From: Candidatus Obscuribacteraceae bacterium | GTDB taxonomy: Bacteria > Cyanobacteriota > Vampirovibrionia > Obscuribacterales > Obscuribacteraceae | Length of the DNA: 64,000 nt | Assembly: GCA_044226015.1 (NCBI GenBank) | Contig: JBGAHS010000001.1 | Location: forward strand, 928,001-992,000 | Direction: 5' to 3' | Shown: positions 10,054-18,993 of the stretch, in pieces | How positions within the stretch are numbered: position 1 is the first letter of the stretch | Layout: each line of letters starts with the position of its first letter | Translations under genes and position numbers: made by a program | The notes under the pieces: generated by a model | Told to the model about the DNA's origin: nothing | The model's input: only the letters and a program-made list of their open reading frames with translations | Database searches by the model: none

Positions 10054-10941
10054 ATGAAAGAGAAGCTGCTTCGACTTGGAAAACTCCTTATACGGGCTAT
10101 GCTTATAGCGCTTATCATAGTTTTGCTTGGCACTTATATTTTGCTTTGCCCGTCGGTGCTAAGCCGCATTTGTGGTGACGTCATTCTGATACCACGCCAA
10201 CCAGGCGAAGAGTACACATGTGATTCAGTCAACAACATAAAGCGCGAAGAGACTTTCATCACAAATAACAACGGTGATAAATTACATTCGTGGTTATTCA
10301 AGTCGCCAGAAGCGGATGCGCCGGTTGTTTTGTATTGCCATGGAAACGCTGGCAACATTGGACATCGACTTATGCTTGCGAAGTATTTACTTGATGCAGG
10401 TGCTTCTGTTTTGCTATTTGATTATCGTGCTTATGGAAAAAGCAGCGGAAAAAAGAACTTGCCGGGGCTCATTGACGATTCTCAAGCTGCCTACGATTAT
10501 CTCGTCAATGTAAAAAAATACAAGCCATCGCAGATAGTAATTTATGGTGAATCAATTGGTGGTGGAACGGCTTGTGCCCTTGCTTCGAAGGTTGAATCAG
10601 GTGGGCTGATTTTAGATTCGACATTCACGTCCTTGCTTCAAATTGCAAAAAAGAAGGTTTCGTACTTCCGTCTTTATCCGGACTTCTGCCAGTTTTATCC
10701 TGAATTCAATAATCTAGAAACGCTCAAAGGTAAACATGCTCCGCTTCTAATAATGCATGGAAAAATTGATGAGTTGATTCCCTTCGAAGAAGCACAGCAG
10801 AATTTTGCTGCGGCCAGCGAACCAAAAGAGCTTCTGGAGTTGCCCAATTCCACTCATAATTGGAAACAGCCTGACGAAAAACTATATATAGATGGTGCGC
10901 GAAAATTCTTCGAGAAGGTTCGAGCGAATAGTTCGACTTAA
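10054..10941 (+). CDS. Membrane-anchored alpha/beta hydrolase (ABHD17/Bem46-like)
   Basis: YCHGNAGN, FDYRAYGKS, GESIGG nucleophile elbow, HGKIDELIP, late His. Confidence 0.9.
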   Translation: MKEKLLRLGKLLIRAMLIALIIVLLGTYILLCPSVLSRICGDVILIPRQPGEEYTCDSVNNIKREETFITNNNGDKLHSWLFKSPEADAPVVLYCHGNAGNIGHRLMLAKYLLDAGASVLLFDYRAYGKSSGKKNLPGLIDDSQAAYDYLVNVKKYKPSQIVIYGESIGGGTACALASKVESGGLILDSTFTSLLQIAKKKVSYFRLYPDFCQFYPEFNNLETLKGKHAPLLIMHGKIDELIPFEEAQQNFAAASEPKELLELPNSTHNWKQPDEKLYIDGARKFFEKVRANSST

Positions 10942-11244
10942 AGCCAATCAATAGGCAGATGTATTTTAGGCAAATAGTCCTGCTTATGATAGCGTCAATA
11001 TCACATCGTAAAAACACCATTGAACTGGAAGTCGGAATTGTATAGTTTTCTCTCAGGCTATGTTTTTCGGTTATCGGTAATCGTTGCGTGCAAGATCCGG
11101 GAGGTTGCAGCACGCGAGTGATTAGTGAGCGGCACGATTCTCTTCGAGAATCGACACCCCGAGTCCGTCTCTTAATTTCTCCTGTTTGTGCTGGTGCTTC
11201 GCGTATACGAAGCCTGAGTTATCTCAGGTATAGGAGCCAAACAG

Positions 11245-12168
11245 ATGCCAGATTTAAACAACGCTGAACTTTTGAATGCACCAGAGAAAGTAAATCAGGT
11301 TCCACAGCTAAACACTGTGGGAGATAGACTTCGTCTGGAAGCAAATCTACTCGGGGGTGGAGTAAAAGACGGATTTATGGATCGCCTTAATCAGGCGCGA
11401 GAAAACCCAGGTATAACTGCTCTTGAATTTGCTGGTGCTGCTGCACTGGGGGCAGGGCTGACGGCCATGAAAAGCGCCGGAGGTCGTTGGGAGAAAGCTG
11501 CTGCTATTGCTGGTGAAGGACTTAAGTGGGTTGCTATCGGAGATGCCGCTCGGCGAGTCGTTCCATCGGCGTATGCTGCCGTTGATACCATGATTAATCC
11601 GCAAAATTATTTGGAAAATCGTGCGATAGTTGCTCAATATCTTGGCGGTGCTGCTTTTGATTATCCATTGATGATGGCAGGAGGATATGCAGGGTCGGCC
11701 GCAGTAAATTATGGACCGCGTGCGCTATCATCGATGACCGAGCGCTTCAAGTCGCGCGCATCAGAGCCGGTAACAATACCGAATGCTGATGTGCTTGCGA
11801 AGGTGGGTGAGATCAAATTTCCTACAAACACTCCCGGAGATCTTTCCGCAAAACTGGCTAATGGGCAGTTCGCTGCCAATCCCGCCAAAACACTTGCTGA
11901 AGCCAGTGCTGCCAGATCTGCACCGAACCTTAAACTGCCAGAGCTCAAAATAACTGATGGAAAGCCAGTTTTAGAAATGCCTGCTAAGACAATAAAGCCC
12001 ACTGATTTTAACCCATACGAGTTTAAGCCTTTGGATGCTTTGATGGTGAAGCCGAAGCTTGATTTCAGCATAAAGCCTATGGTCACAACCAGAATGACAG
12101 TGTTCCCAATCATTCCTTTGCCCACCACAGATAGTGTCGTGCTGCAATTGAAAAAAGCAAAAGAATAG
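11245..12168 (+). CDS. Hypothetical protein with Gly/Ala-rich hydrophobic segments
   Basis: 307-aa ORF with AGGAG RBS and downstream terminator. Confidence 0.75.
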   Translation: MPDLNNAELLNAPEKVNQVPQLNTVGDRLRLEANLLGGGVKDGFMDRLNQARENPGITALEFAGAAALGAGLTAMKSAGGRWEKAAAIAGEGLKWVAIGDAARRVVPSAYAAVDTMINPQNYLENRAIVAQYLGGAAFDYPLMMAGGYAGSAAVNYGPRALSSMTERFKSRASEPVTIPNADVLAKVGEIKFPTNTPGDLSAKLANGQFAANPAKTLAEASAARSAPNLKLPELKITDGKPVLEMPAKTIKPTDFNPYEFKPLDALMVKPKLDFSIKPMVTTRMTVFPIIPLPTTDSVVLQLKKAKE

Positions 12169-12193
12169 AGATGCGTCTCGCCTGAAAATATGG

Positions 12194-12229
12194 TACTCAC
12201 ATCGAGCCTGAGCCCGATGTGAGTATTTC
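12194..12229. terminator. Intrinsic terminator between convergent genes
   Basis: tactcacatcg...cgatgtgagta 11-bp stem followed by ttt. Confidence 0.6.
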
Positions 12230-12284
12230 CATTCACGGATGCTAATTGATTTATACCACGTCTTTTCTTAAACGTTTCCGCGAT

Positions 12285-12902
12285 TTAACGCTTCATCTGA
12301 CGAATTGCGGCGTCAGTTCGTTGCAACAATGTAAGTGACGCTAAAGGTATAAATAGAACGAACATAACTTCGAATACCGAAAAGCCGGCAATTTGCGAGT
12401 TAGGTTTTAGCAAGTAGACCATGCAGAAGAAAATGAGCAGAATGATGCGATTAGATTTGCAAAGCAAACCTCCGTTGCAATCTGTGGCGCCCTGGCTTCT
12501 TGCAAGTTCACCAACATAACTAACCAGTAGCATCGAGACGATGGCTAACAAAACCAGGTGAACTCGAAGGGAATCCCAGAAGGCAAAACCTAGCAACATT
12601 GATATATCAGCCAGTCGTGCGCATAGGCTACTAATCAGATGGCTCGGTGCTCGCTCCGTGCTGGCTCCCATGGTCAGAAGCTCTTCAGTGGAGTCACTTA
12701 CGAATCTTAGAGTCAAGACCAGCGCAGCCACAGCCACCAGGGCTGGATAGTACTGCGCCTGAGCAAAATAGAGCAAACCACCTGAGACTGATGAAAGGAA
12801 TAAGGAACAGTAGGCAAACGCCTCTGGCGGAACCTTTTCCAGGTTCTTTGAGTGAGGCTTGAGTTGCTTCTGGAGCCAGACTGTGACTCCGTTCGTGTCC
12901 AC
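12285..12902 (-). CDS. CDP-alcohol phosphatidyltransferase-like membrane protein with degenerate catalytic motif
   Basis: Multi-TM; family-like layout (P-x-A-F..S early, RLAD, LVSYV, GGLLCKSNRI, TLLQR). Confidence 0.6.
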   Translation of the reverse strand: MDTNGVTVWLQKQLKPHSKNLEKVPPEAFAYCSLFLSSVSGGLLYFAQAQYYPALVAVAALVLTLRFVSDSTEELLTMGASTERAPSHLISSLCARLADISMLLGFAFWDSLRVHLVLLAIVSMLLVSYVGELARSQGATDCNGGLLCKSNRIILLIFFCMVYLLKPNSQIAGFSVFEVMFVLFIPLASLTLLQRTDAAIRQMKR

Positions 12903-12985
12903 TTGACTTCTCCTTCTGGTAAATGGAATGTACCCACTTAATGAATCGTTCTAAGCATCAATTGGGATATCTCGGTTTTGGCTTC

Positions 12986-13052
12986 ACTTTAGGCATCGCT
13001 TTACCTTGGGCATCGCTTACCTTGGGCATCGCTTTACTTTGGGCATCGCTTT
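12986..13052. repeat. Tandem repeat, 4 x 16-17 bp (ACyTTrGGCATCGCTT[T])
   Basis: actttaggcatcgcttt / accttgggcatcgctt / accttgggcatcgcttt / actttgggcatcgcttt. Confidence 0.92.
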
Positions 13053-13087
13053 AAGTTGTAGTGCAGCTTCGGATTGGTGTGGACGGG

Positions 13088-14170
13088 TTACTTCGATGAC
13101 TCTGGGGCTGGCTTCGGCGGCTGGCGAATCTCTTTTGCTGCCTGGAGTAACTCGTGAAGCACTCCACGATTTCTCAGCTCGGCGAATGGCTTATATTCGA
13201 CCATGTGGTATTTCGCGCCTTTTGCAACTAAGTTTCTGTCGAGGTCATCAAAAAGTTCCTCCGCTGTGATGGATTCTCCCACCTGCAGGAATGTGACTAT
13301 GACCTCTCCTTGTCTTGTCATTTTCTTTGATGCTTCGATCAAAACTTCTTGCAGCGGCGGTCCGATGTTTTCTATTCCATCTGTTATGACCACAACGATG
13401 CAAGGTTTAGACTTTGCCTTGCGTCGAGAAAAGTAGTCTTGCAATACTCCTTGCAGAGGTGTACCGATGTCCTTATGTTCCCCTCTCGGGCGGGCCCCAT
13501 CAAATACCTGGCGCAAATCGAACAGAGTAACACCTGTTTTTGTTTCCACTCTGTCGCTAAAGAGATGTATGTCAAAACCACCTTCGAGAACACGATCAGT
13601 TGCAAGATAAACGTTGTCGATTTGCTCTTTGCACCACATCCATTTGCTGATATCTCCTGGAACCCCAGCGTGCATGTCTTCCATTGATTTCGAGCGATCA
13701 AGCAGTATCACAACTTTGATATCTCGCAGCTTTTTCAGCTCATTATCAAATGGCGAATCACCGAATGAAAACTTGATTTTTCTATTCTCGAATTCACTTC
13801 TCAGTCCTTTAACATTAGTGGCGATTTTTGCCTGGTATTTTTTGCCAGCGCGTTCAATGTCTAGTGTCACTGAGTCATCATCATATCTTGCATTAAGTAT
13901 GGTGTCTCCAGTTCTCAACCCGGAGTATGCAGCCGCGCTTCCCAGGCTTATTTTCTCAACTTTTCCGCGAAGCTTGCCGGACGAAATGCGCAAGCCTGTT
14001 GAAGAGCACAAATATGAAAGTTCATCGATTTCACCATACAAGGTGATGCCGCTAGATTTTTGCTTTGGGCTCTTGTCGGAATGTGGTGATGCTGCTGATA
14101 CCGAATGTAGTGGTACGACGAAGCACATTGCGAGGCAGCTTATTATTGTACCTATGTTATTTGGCGCCAT
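13088..14170 (-). CDS. Secreted PDZ-like plus von Willebrand A domain protein
   Basis: SAAAYSGLRTGDTIL (PDZ-like); LLDRSKSM MIDAS, VVITDG, FLQVG. ATG 14170 gives a signal peptide and a short overlap with the upstream gene. Confidence 0.8.
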   Translation of the reverse strand: MAPNNIGTIISCLAMCFVVPLHSVSAASPHSDKSPKQKSSGITLYGEIDELSYLCSSTGLRISSGKLRGKVEKISLGSAAAYSGLRTGDTILNARYDDDSVTLDIERAGKKYQAKIATNVKGLRSEFENRKIKFSFGDSPFDNELKKLRDIKVVILLDRSKSMEDMHAGVPGDISKWMWCKEQIDNVYLATDRVLEGGFDIHLFSDRVETKTGVTLFDLRQVFDGARPRGEHKDIGTPLQGVLQDYFSRRKAKSKPCIVVVITDGIENIGPPLQEVLIEASKKMTRQGEVIVTFLQVGESITAEELFDDLDRNLVAKGAKYHMVEYKPFAELRNRGVLHELLQAAKEIRQPPKPAPESSK

Positions 14171-15650
14171 TGGCTTTCCTGTCCGTTGACGGTAGCTTCT
14201 TCGCTTCTCCAGCGCTGAGTGGCACTGCTGGTTGGACTCGGAGCTTCGCAGTGGTTTGTTTGACGATGGTTTTATTGTCTGAGCGATCACCGAAGTTGAC
14301 GTAATTCCTCGTGTACATATCAGTTCCTTGAGGAACGAGTTGAATATTGCCGCTTGGCTTTTGCAGCTGAGAATTCATCTGTCCGGTTTGCGCCACCATT
14401 CCGCCTAGTTTCTCCTTTCCACCAGCGATGATGAGGTCGGCTTCTCGGTAAAAAGTATCTTCCATTTCCTTGATGCGTTTCTTCGAACGTTCCACAACCA
14501 GCTGAATTTCTTGATCCATCGGAGACAATTGATCTTTGTTTGCTCGCGGAACTTTTGCAGCAGCAATGTATGTCGCCGGGTCGTACTGCGTGTTTCTCAA
14601 GTTGTATTTATTGCTGCCATAATTTACTTTGATTGATATCACGTCGTGAATCAAGTTCGTCTTAAGCAGGGCTAGTTGTTGATCTAGAACGTCTTGTTTT
14701 GTTTCAATGCTGCTCTTTATTTGAAAGAAAACCTGTTTCGCCAGTCGTCTGGCTGAGCCCTGATAAGTCGGCAGCTCTCCAAAAATGTCTTTGACCGTCA
14801 AAAATTTTGAGGTCAACTCTGGAGTTACGTCAGTAGCAAACGGATCAAATGGAGTTTCTGTTTTGAAGTAATCCAACAGCGACCCTAGAGCGGTTTTGGA
14901 ATCATCGATTTTTTCTGTTGGCAGTTGTGGAATTGCTCTCACATCGATTTTGTCAGGCGCCATGATGCGGTTTTCCGTGCGCAGTTCTTTTGTTTGTAAT
15001 TCCTGTATTTTATTTTCTGTTTCTCGTTGTAGCTTTTCGAGATCAGTAGCGTAGTTCGGGTTACCTTTGGCACTGAGCGACTGCATGTCTTCTTGCATCA
15101 GCAACCAGTGATGGTCTACTTTCGCCTTGAAAGTTTGCCTCAAGGCTCTAATGCGCACGACTGCATCGTTGAATGCCTTGTCTAGTGCTTTATTGCTCAT
15201 AAGCGAATCTTTTGACGCAGCGGTTTGTGCCGGGTCTGGACTCTCGTCTTTCGGAGGAGGGGGCGGTGGCTCGGACTTTGGCATCGTTGAAAGCGTTTCA
15301 AGGGCGCTCAGGGAATATTTTCCTGCCTGGCTTGCCGGAGCGACTCTAACGCATGCACTGAACATGTGCGCGGCCTGGTCATTCTGCTTTATTTGTAAAT
15401 AGCAATTTCCCAGATAGTAGTAAACTTCTGCATCTTCAGGCTTTAATCTGGCACGTGCTGTCAAAAATCTTATGGCATTGTTGTAGTCCCCACGTTTGAA
15501 GCACGCAACACCTTGTTGAGTCATTTTTGTGCTATCAACCTGAGTAAGTTCATTTGCCAGGGCGGAACAGCTTGGGCACAAAACAAGCCCAATACTAAAG
15601 CTGAAGCTCAAAACTCGGTTTATGAGGCTCGTTTGCCTTTTTCTAGTCAT
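14157..15650 (-). CDS. Secreted TPR plus coiled-coil protein
   Basis: Signal peptide; GDYNNAIRFL..PEDAEVYYYLGNCY TPR; poly-Pro linker; helical C-terminus. Confidence 0.8.
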   Translation of the reverse strand: MTRKRQTSLINRVLSFSFSIGLVLCPSCSALANELTQVDSTKMTQQGVACFKRGDYNNAIRFLTARARLKPEDAEVYYYLGNCYLQIKQNDQAAHMFSACVRVAPASQAGKYSLSALETLSTMPKSEPPPPPPKDESPDPAQTAASKDSLMSNKALDKAFNDAVVRIRALRQTFKAKVDHHWLLMQEDMQSLSAKGNPNYATDLEKLQRETENKIQELQTKELRTENRIMAPDKIDVRAIPQLPTEKIDDSKTALGSLLDYFKTETPFDPFATDVTPELTSKFLTVKDIFGELPTYQGSARRLAKQVFFQIKSSIETKQDVLDQQLALLKTNLIHDVISIKVNYGSNKYNLRNTQYDPATYIAAAKVPRANKDQLSPMDQEIQLVVERSKKRIKEMEDTFYREADLIIAGGKEKLGGMVAQTGQMNSQLQKPSGNIQLVPQGTDMYTRNYVNFGDRSDNKTIVKQTTAKLRVQPAVPLSAGEAKKLPSTDRKANGAK

Positions 15651-15773
15651 TCCGAATAAGCCTCGGGCAGCATCGCGTTCCTACATTTTACAAGGTACCC
15701 GACTTGGAAATCTGCCTAACTTTTCGTGACTTTATTAGACAAAAGCTTGCTGATTGTCGGCGGAGAGCTAATA

Positions 15774-15902
15774 GCGACTTGCTGTTCAATCCTTCTGGGA
15801 GAAATCGGGCGCGATTCGCTATGCTCAATCCTGCATGTAGCTGGAGCGATTTGCTGATCTCAATCCTGCGTATGGAGCTGGTGCGATTTGCTGATCTCAA
15901 TC
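15774..15902. repeat. Degenerate tandem repeat, 4 copies of ~22-bp GCGATTTGCTGATCTCAATCCT at 35-37 bp period
   Basis: Copies begin at 15774, 15811, 15846 and 15883. Confidence 0.8.
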
Positions 15903-15962
15903 ATTCGGGTAAACCTTGCGCGAAAGGCTATTAGCAGTTCTTCCGATAAACCTGGCGAGAAG

Positions 15963-16616
15963 CTAGTCGCGACCTTTCGGTGGACCACTATTTCCGTCAG
16001 CATTCCAGTTTTGCAGCCAGTCATATAGAAGCGATTCTAAGCTTGTCTTATAGATTGCTGAGCTTTCCCCGGTCATCATGAAGCACTCGTCTGATTGCTC
16101 TTTTCCTTTGGTCTTCTCAGTCACCTGTCGATGCGGACCAGTGCTCACCATGGTCGGTTCGATTCGAAGTTGATTTGAGTCCGGCTTGAACGCCGAAGAG
16201 CCCAACTTTAGTGTGGCTGAATCTGTCTGGCCAACAGCGGAGCCCTGGAGGTCGCATGCTGTTGCTAGATAAAAAGACAATTCAACGAAACTGCCCAAAT
16301 CGGCAACGTCTTGTTGCGTCAGTGGATCGAGGTTGCCGTTTTCTCGCCAGTCTTTAAGAACCGTGTCTAACACCACTTTCGCGGTCCAGTCTCGAATTTC
16401 TTTTGAAACAGTAAGCGGCAAGTATGAGAGTACAGGATCTATAACAACCTTGATCTGGCTTCTAATAAGCTCTTCAGTGTGCTTTTGGATGCGCCCAAAC
16501 GAGCTGCTGTTACTGGGCTCTGCACCGTATGCGGTGCCTGTCTCCTTGCCCTGCTCGCTTTGAGTTCCGTCCTTCAAGCTGATTCGCGTGATGAACTTCT
16601 GTAGAATCTTTTTCAA
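15963..16616 (-). CDS. Hypothetical protein, paralogue of 16871-17263
   Basis: LKDWRENGN and IYKTSLESLLYDWLQNWNADGNSGPP motifs shared with the upstream ORF. Confidence 0.75.
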   Translation of the reverse strand: MKKILQKFITRISLKDGTQSEQGKETGTAYGAEPSNSSSFGRIQKHTEELIRSQIKVVIDPVLSYLPLTVSKEIRDWTAKVVLDTVLKDWRENGNLDPLTQQDVADLGSFVELSFYLATACDLQGSAVGQTDSATLKLGSSAFKPDSNQLRIEPTMVSTGPHRQVTEKTKGKEQSDECFMMTGESSAIYKTSLESLLYDWLQNWNADGNSGPPKGRD

Positions 16617-16631
16617 TCTTCAAACCATCGA

Positions 16632-16856
16632 CTAGGAAATAATGGCAGAAACTACTATAGCTGCAATTGCTATCATTACCGCTGCTAGCTTGATTGCTGC
16701 TGCGATGTTTCCTTTTTCAATTTCTGTTTTGTAATCGATTGGGTCTAATTTATCGAAAAGTACTGAACCAAAATAGAAAATCATCACTCCCAGAAAAGAC
16801 CATCCTAGCGATGCTACAACTCTGTAAGCCAGATCTCCAAGGTCATGTGAATGCAT
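16632..16856 (-). CDS. DUF350 small membrane protein
   Basis: Two TM helices; LFDKLDPIDYKTEIEKGNIAAAI; AAGGAG RBS. Confidence 0.85.
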   Translation of the reverse strand: MHSHDLGDLAYRVVASLGWSFLGVMIFYFGSVLFDKLDPIDYKTEIEKGNIAAAIKLAAVMIAIAAIVVSAIIS

Positions 16857-16870
16857 TGTTTTCTCCTTAC

Positions 16871-17263
16871 TTACCGAGTTGAGCGTAGTTGTCTTTTTCT
16901 TAGCGAGGGCGGGCCGCTGTTATCAGAACCGTTCCAATTGTATAACCAATCGTCCATCAAACTCTGCAAAGTGCTCTCATAAATAGGCCTTGTTTGGGCA
17001 CTGAGGGTTTTGCCGGCAATATCAGCTGCCATCGAGACAAAACTATGGAAGTCAGCCCAATCTCCATCTGATAACTCTTCATAGTTTTCGTTCTCATTCC
17101 AATCTCTGAAAGCTGTTGAGAGAATCTGATTTAATGTGAAAACTCGAATTTGCTCATCTGCGCACGAAGGCAGAGCCGACAGTGTTTCATTTCTGGCACG
17201 AGAAATCGCTCGCTTGTATCGCGCCACTGTGGAACTTTGAACTCGCCCGAAAGTCTCAGCCAT
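16871..17263 (-). CDS. Hypothetical protein, paralogue of 15963-16616
   Basis: FRDWNENEN and IYESTLQSLMDDWLYNWNGSDNSGPP. Confidence 0.78.
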   Translation of the reverse strand: MAETFGRVQSSTVARYKRAISRARNETLSALPSCADEQIRVFTLNQILSTAFRDWNENENYEELSDGDWADFHSFVSMAADIAGKTLSAQTRPIYESTLQSLMDDWLYNWNGSDNSGPPSLRKRQLRSTR

Positions 17264-17365
17264 AGGACTAACAGTATATCCTCATGACTTGCAACTCATT
17301 CACATTTGGTTCACTAAAGCTCAAGTATGATGTTGGAGTCCAAAATCTGTTCGAGGAGATAAGAG

Positions 17366-18265
17366 ATGAAAGTTCTTATTACAGGAGCCAATGGACTTTT
17401 GGGCTCAAAGCTATGCGAATTTTTCAGAAATGAAGGGCATCAGGTCGTGCGGATGCTTCGGGGCAACCCGGAACGCAATACTTCAACTGAGCTGTATTGG
17501 GATCCCGTCGCAGGAAAAATTGATGTTTCGTCTCTAGAAGGGATGGACGCCGTTGTTCATCTGGTAGGAGAAACAGTGGCGCAACGTTGGACTGACGATG
17601 CGAAGCAAAAGATTATTCAGAGTCGCATCAAGAGTACTGACCTGCTTTGCAGAAGTCTGGCTCAGTTGAAGAAGCGCCCCGAAGTGCTCATCGCCGGTTC
17701 TGCCATCGGATACTATGGCGACCGCGGTCAATTGTCGGTCACAGAAGAGGCTTCTGTCGGTTCTGGGTTTTTAGCTGATCTGTGCGTGAAGTGGGAAACT
17801 GCAACGAAACCCGCTACAGAGGCTGGTATTAGAACCATAAACATGCGGACTGGTGTCGTTCTGAGTAAGGAAGGCGGTGCTCTGTCGAAAATGCTCACGC
17901 CGTTTCAGATGGGCGCAGGCGGCATTCTCGGCGATGGCAAGCAATACATGAGTTGGATTGCAATGCCAGATGTGTTGAATGCTGTGAAGTTTATGATTGA
18001 GAATAAGAATCTGTCAGGACCTGTCAATCTGGTTGCTTCCAACCCTGTAACCAATCAAGATTTCACAAAAGCGCTGGGCAAGGTCTTGCATCGTCCAACT
18101 ATTTGCCCGGTTCCAGCACCGGTGGTGAAGTTGCTCATGGGTCAAATGGCAGACGAAATGCTTTTGTCTGGAGCCAAGGTTCTCCCGAGTAAGCTTGAAT
18201 CTGCTGGATACAAATTCAAATATCCGTTTATCGAGGACGGATTGCGAGAAGCGGTGAGTCACTAG
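17366..18265 (+). CDS. TIGR01777 family NAD-dependent epimerase/oxidoreductase (YfcH-like)
   Basis: ITGANGLLG, RWT..KQKIIQSRI, SAIGYYG, GDGKQYMSWI, GPVN. Confidence 0.93.
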   Translation: MKVLITGANGLLGSKLCEFFRNEGHQVVRMLRGNPERNTSTELYWDPVAGKIDVSSLEGMDAVVHLVGETVAQRWTDDAKQKIIQSRIKSTDLLCRSLAQLKKRPEVLIAGSAIGYYGDRGQLSVTEEASVGSGFLADLCVKWETATKPATEAGIRTINMRTGVVLSKEGGALSKMLTPFQMGAGGILGDGKQYMSWIAMPDVLNAVKFMIENKNLSGPVNLVASNPVTNQDFTKALGKVLHRPTICPVPAPVVKLLMGQMADEMLLSGAKVLPSKLESAGYKFKYPFIEDGLREAVSH

Positions 18266-18327
18266 AAGCCCGGCTGCCGAACGGTTTCTGACGCCAATTA
18301 GTGAGTCGATGAGTCGGTTCGAAAAAC

Positions 18328-18362
18328 ATAGAGGGAATCCGCAAGATGCGGATTCCCTCTAT
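18328..18362. terminator. Bidirectional intrinsic terminator
   Basis: Perfect 16-bp stem atagagggaatccgca-aga-tgcggattccctctat between convergent genes. Confidence 0.8.
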
Positions 18363-18412
18363 TTACCAGCCCGCTGACTCTGGGTTCGGGGTATAGGTCA
18401 GCGTTTCAAACT

Positions 18413-18739
18413 TTAATGACGTGGGGTAGCTTTGCGCAATTGGTCGGGCGATTGAATTTCGCAGCCGCAATCAGCGCACTTTGGCAAATAGCCTTTCCAG
18501 GGTCCTTGAATGACGTGACCGTAGAATTTGCACATACTGTTGGTCTTCTTTTTGCTTTCGATAGGCGTCATTAGCAGAGTGCTCATGCTGTTCATGCAGT
18601 TATGAATGTTCTCGAGAACTTTGTCTGCCAATGTTTTCTTATAGGCTGAGACGTTACGCAGAGTGACTACTTCTTCTCTGGTGATGCGGCGGTTGCCGCT
18701 GCTGTGGAAACTTGATGATTTTGCTGCAAATGTATTCAT
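18413..18739 (-). CDS. Small hypothetical protein with C-terminal Cys/His cluster (putative zinc finger); start uncertain
   Basis: CKFYGH..PKCADCG; ORF extends to 18862. Confidence 0.6.
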   Translation of the reverse strand: MNTFAAKSSSFHSSGNRRITREEVVTLRNVSAYKKTLADKVLENIHNCMNSMSTLLMTPIESKKKTNSMCKFYGHVIQGPWKGYLPKCADCGCEIQSPDQLRKATPRH

Positions 18740-18993
18740 TGTGTTCACCCAAACCCTTAAAACCCTTCGCCCGGTGGAGCTCTCAGCCGTGCTCCTGATG
18801 TATTTAAGATTACTCATCTTGCTTGGCAAAGTCCGGGCAAAGATTTGGCAGAAATTTGGCATATGGATTTTTTCAATACATATTTATGCGGACTTACGCA
18901 TGCGGTAAATACGAGTTTTACTGTCCACATCTGCTCTAAAACACATACACTTGAGAGGTTGGCTGGCTGGATTGCATACTGGGGAGAGAAGTA

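Noticed and set aside
15774..15902. CRISPR array
   Set aside because: Spacers are only 13-17 bp and resemble each other; repeats are degenerate; no cas genes in the window
18760..18805. TPP riboswitch-like CTGAGA hairpin on the minus strand
   Set aside because: Lacks the ACCTGA and GGGAA elements; downstream gene unrelated
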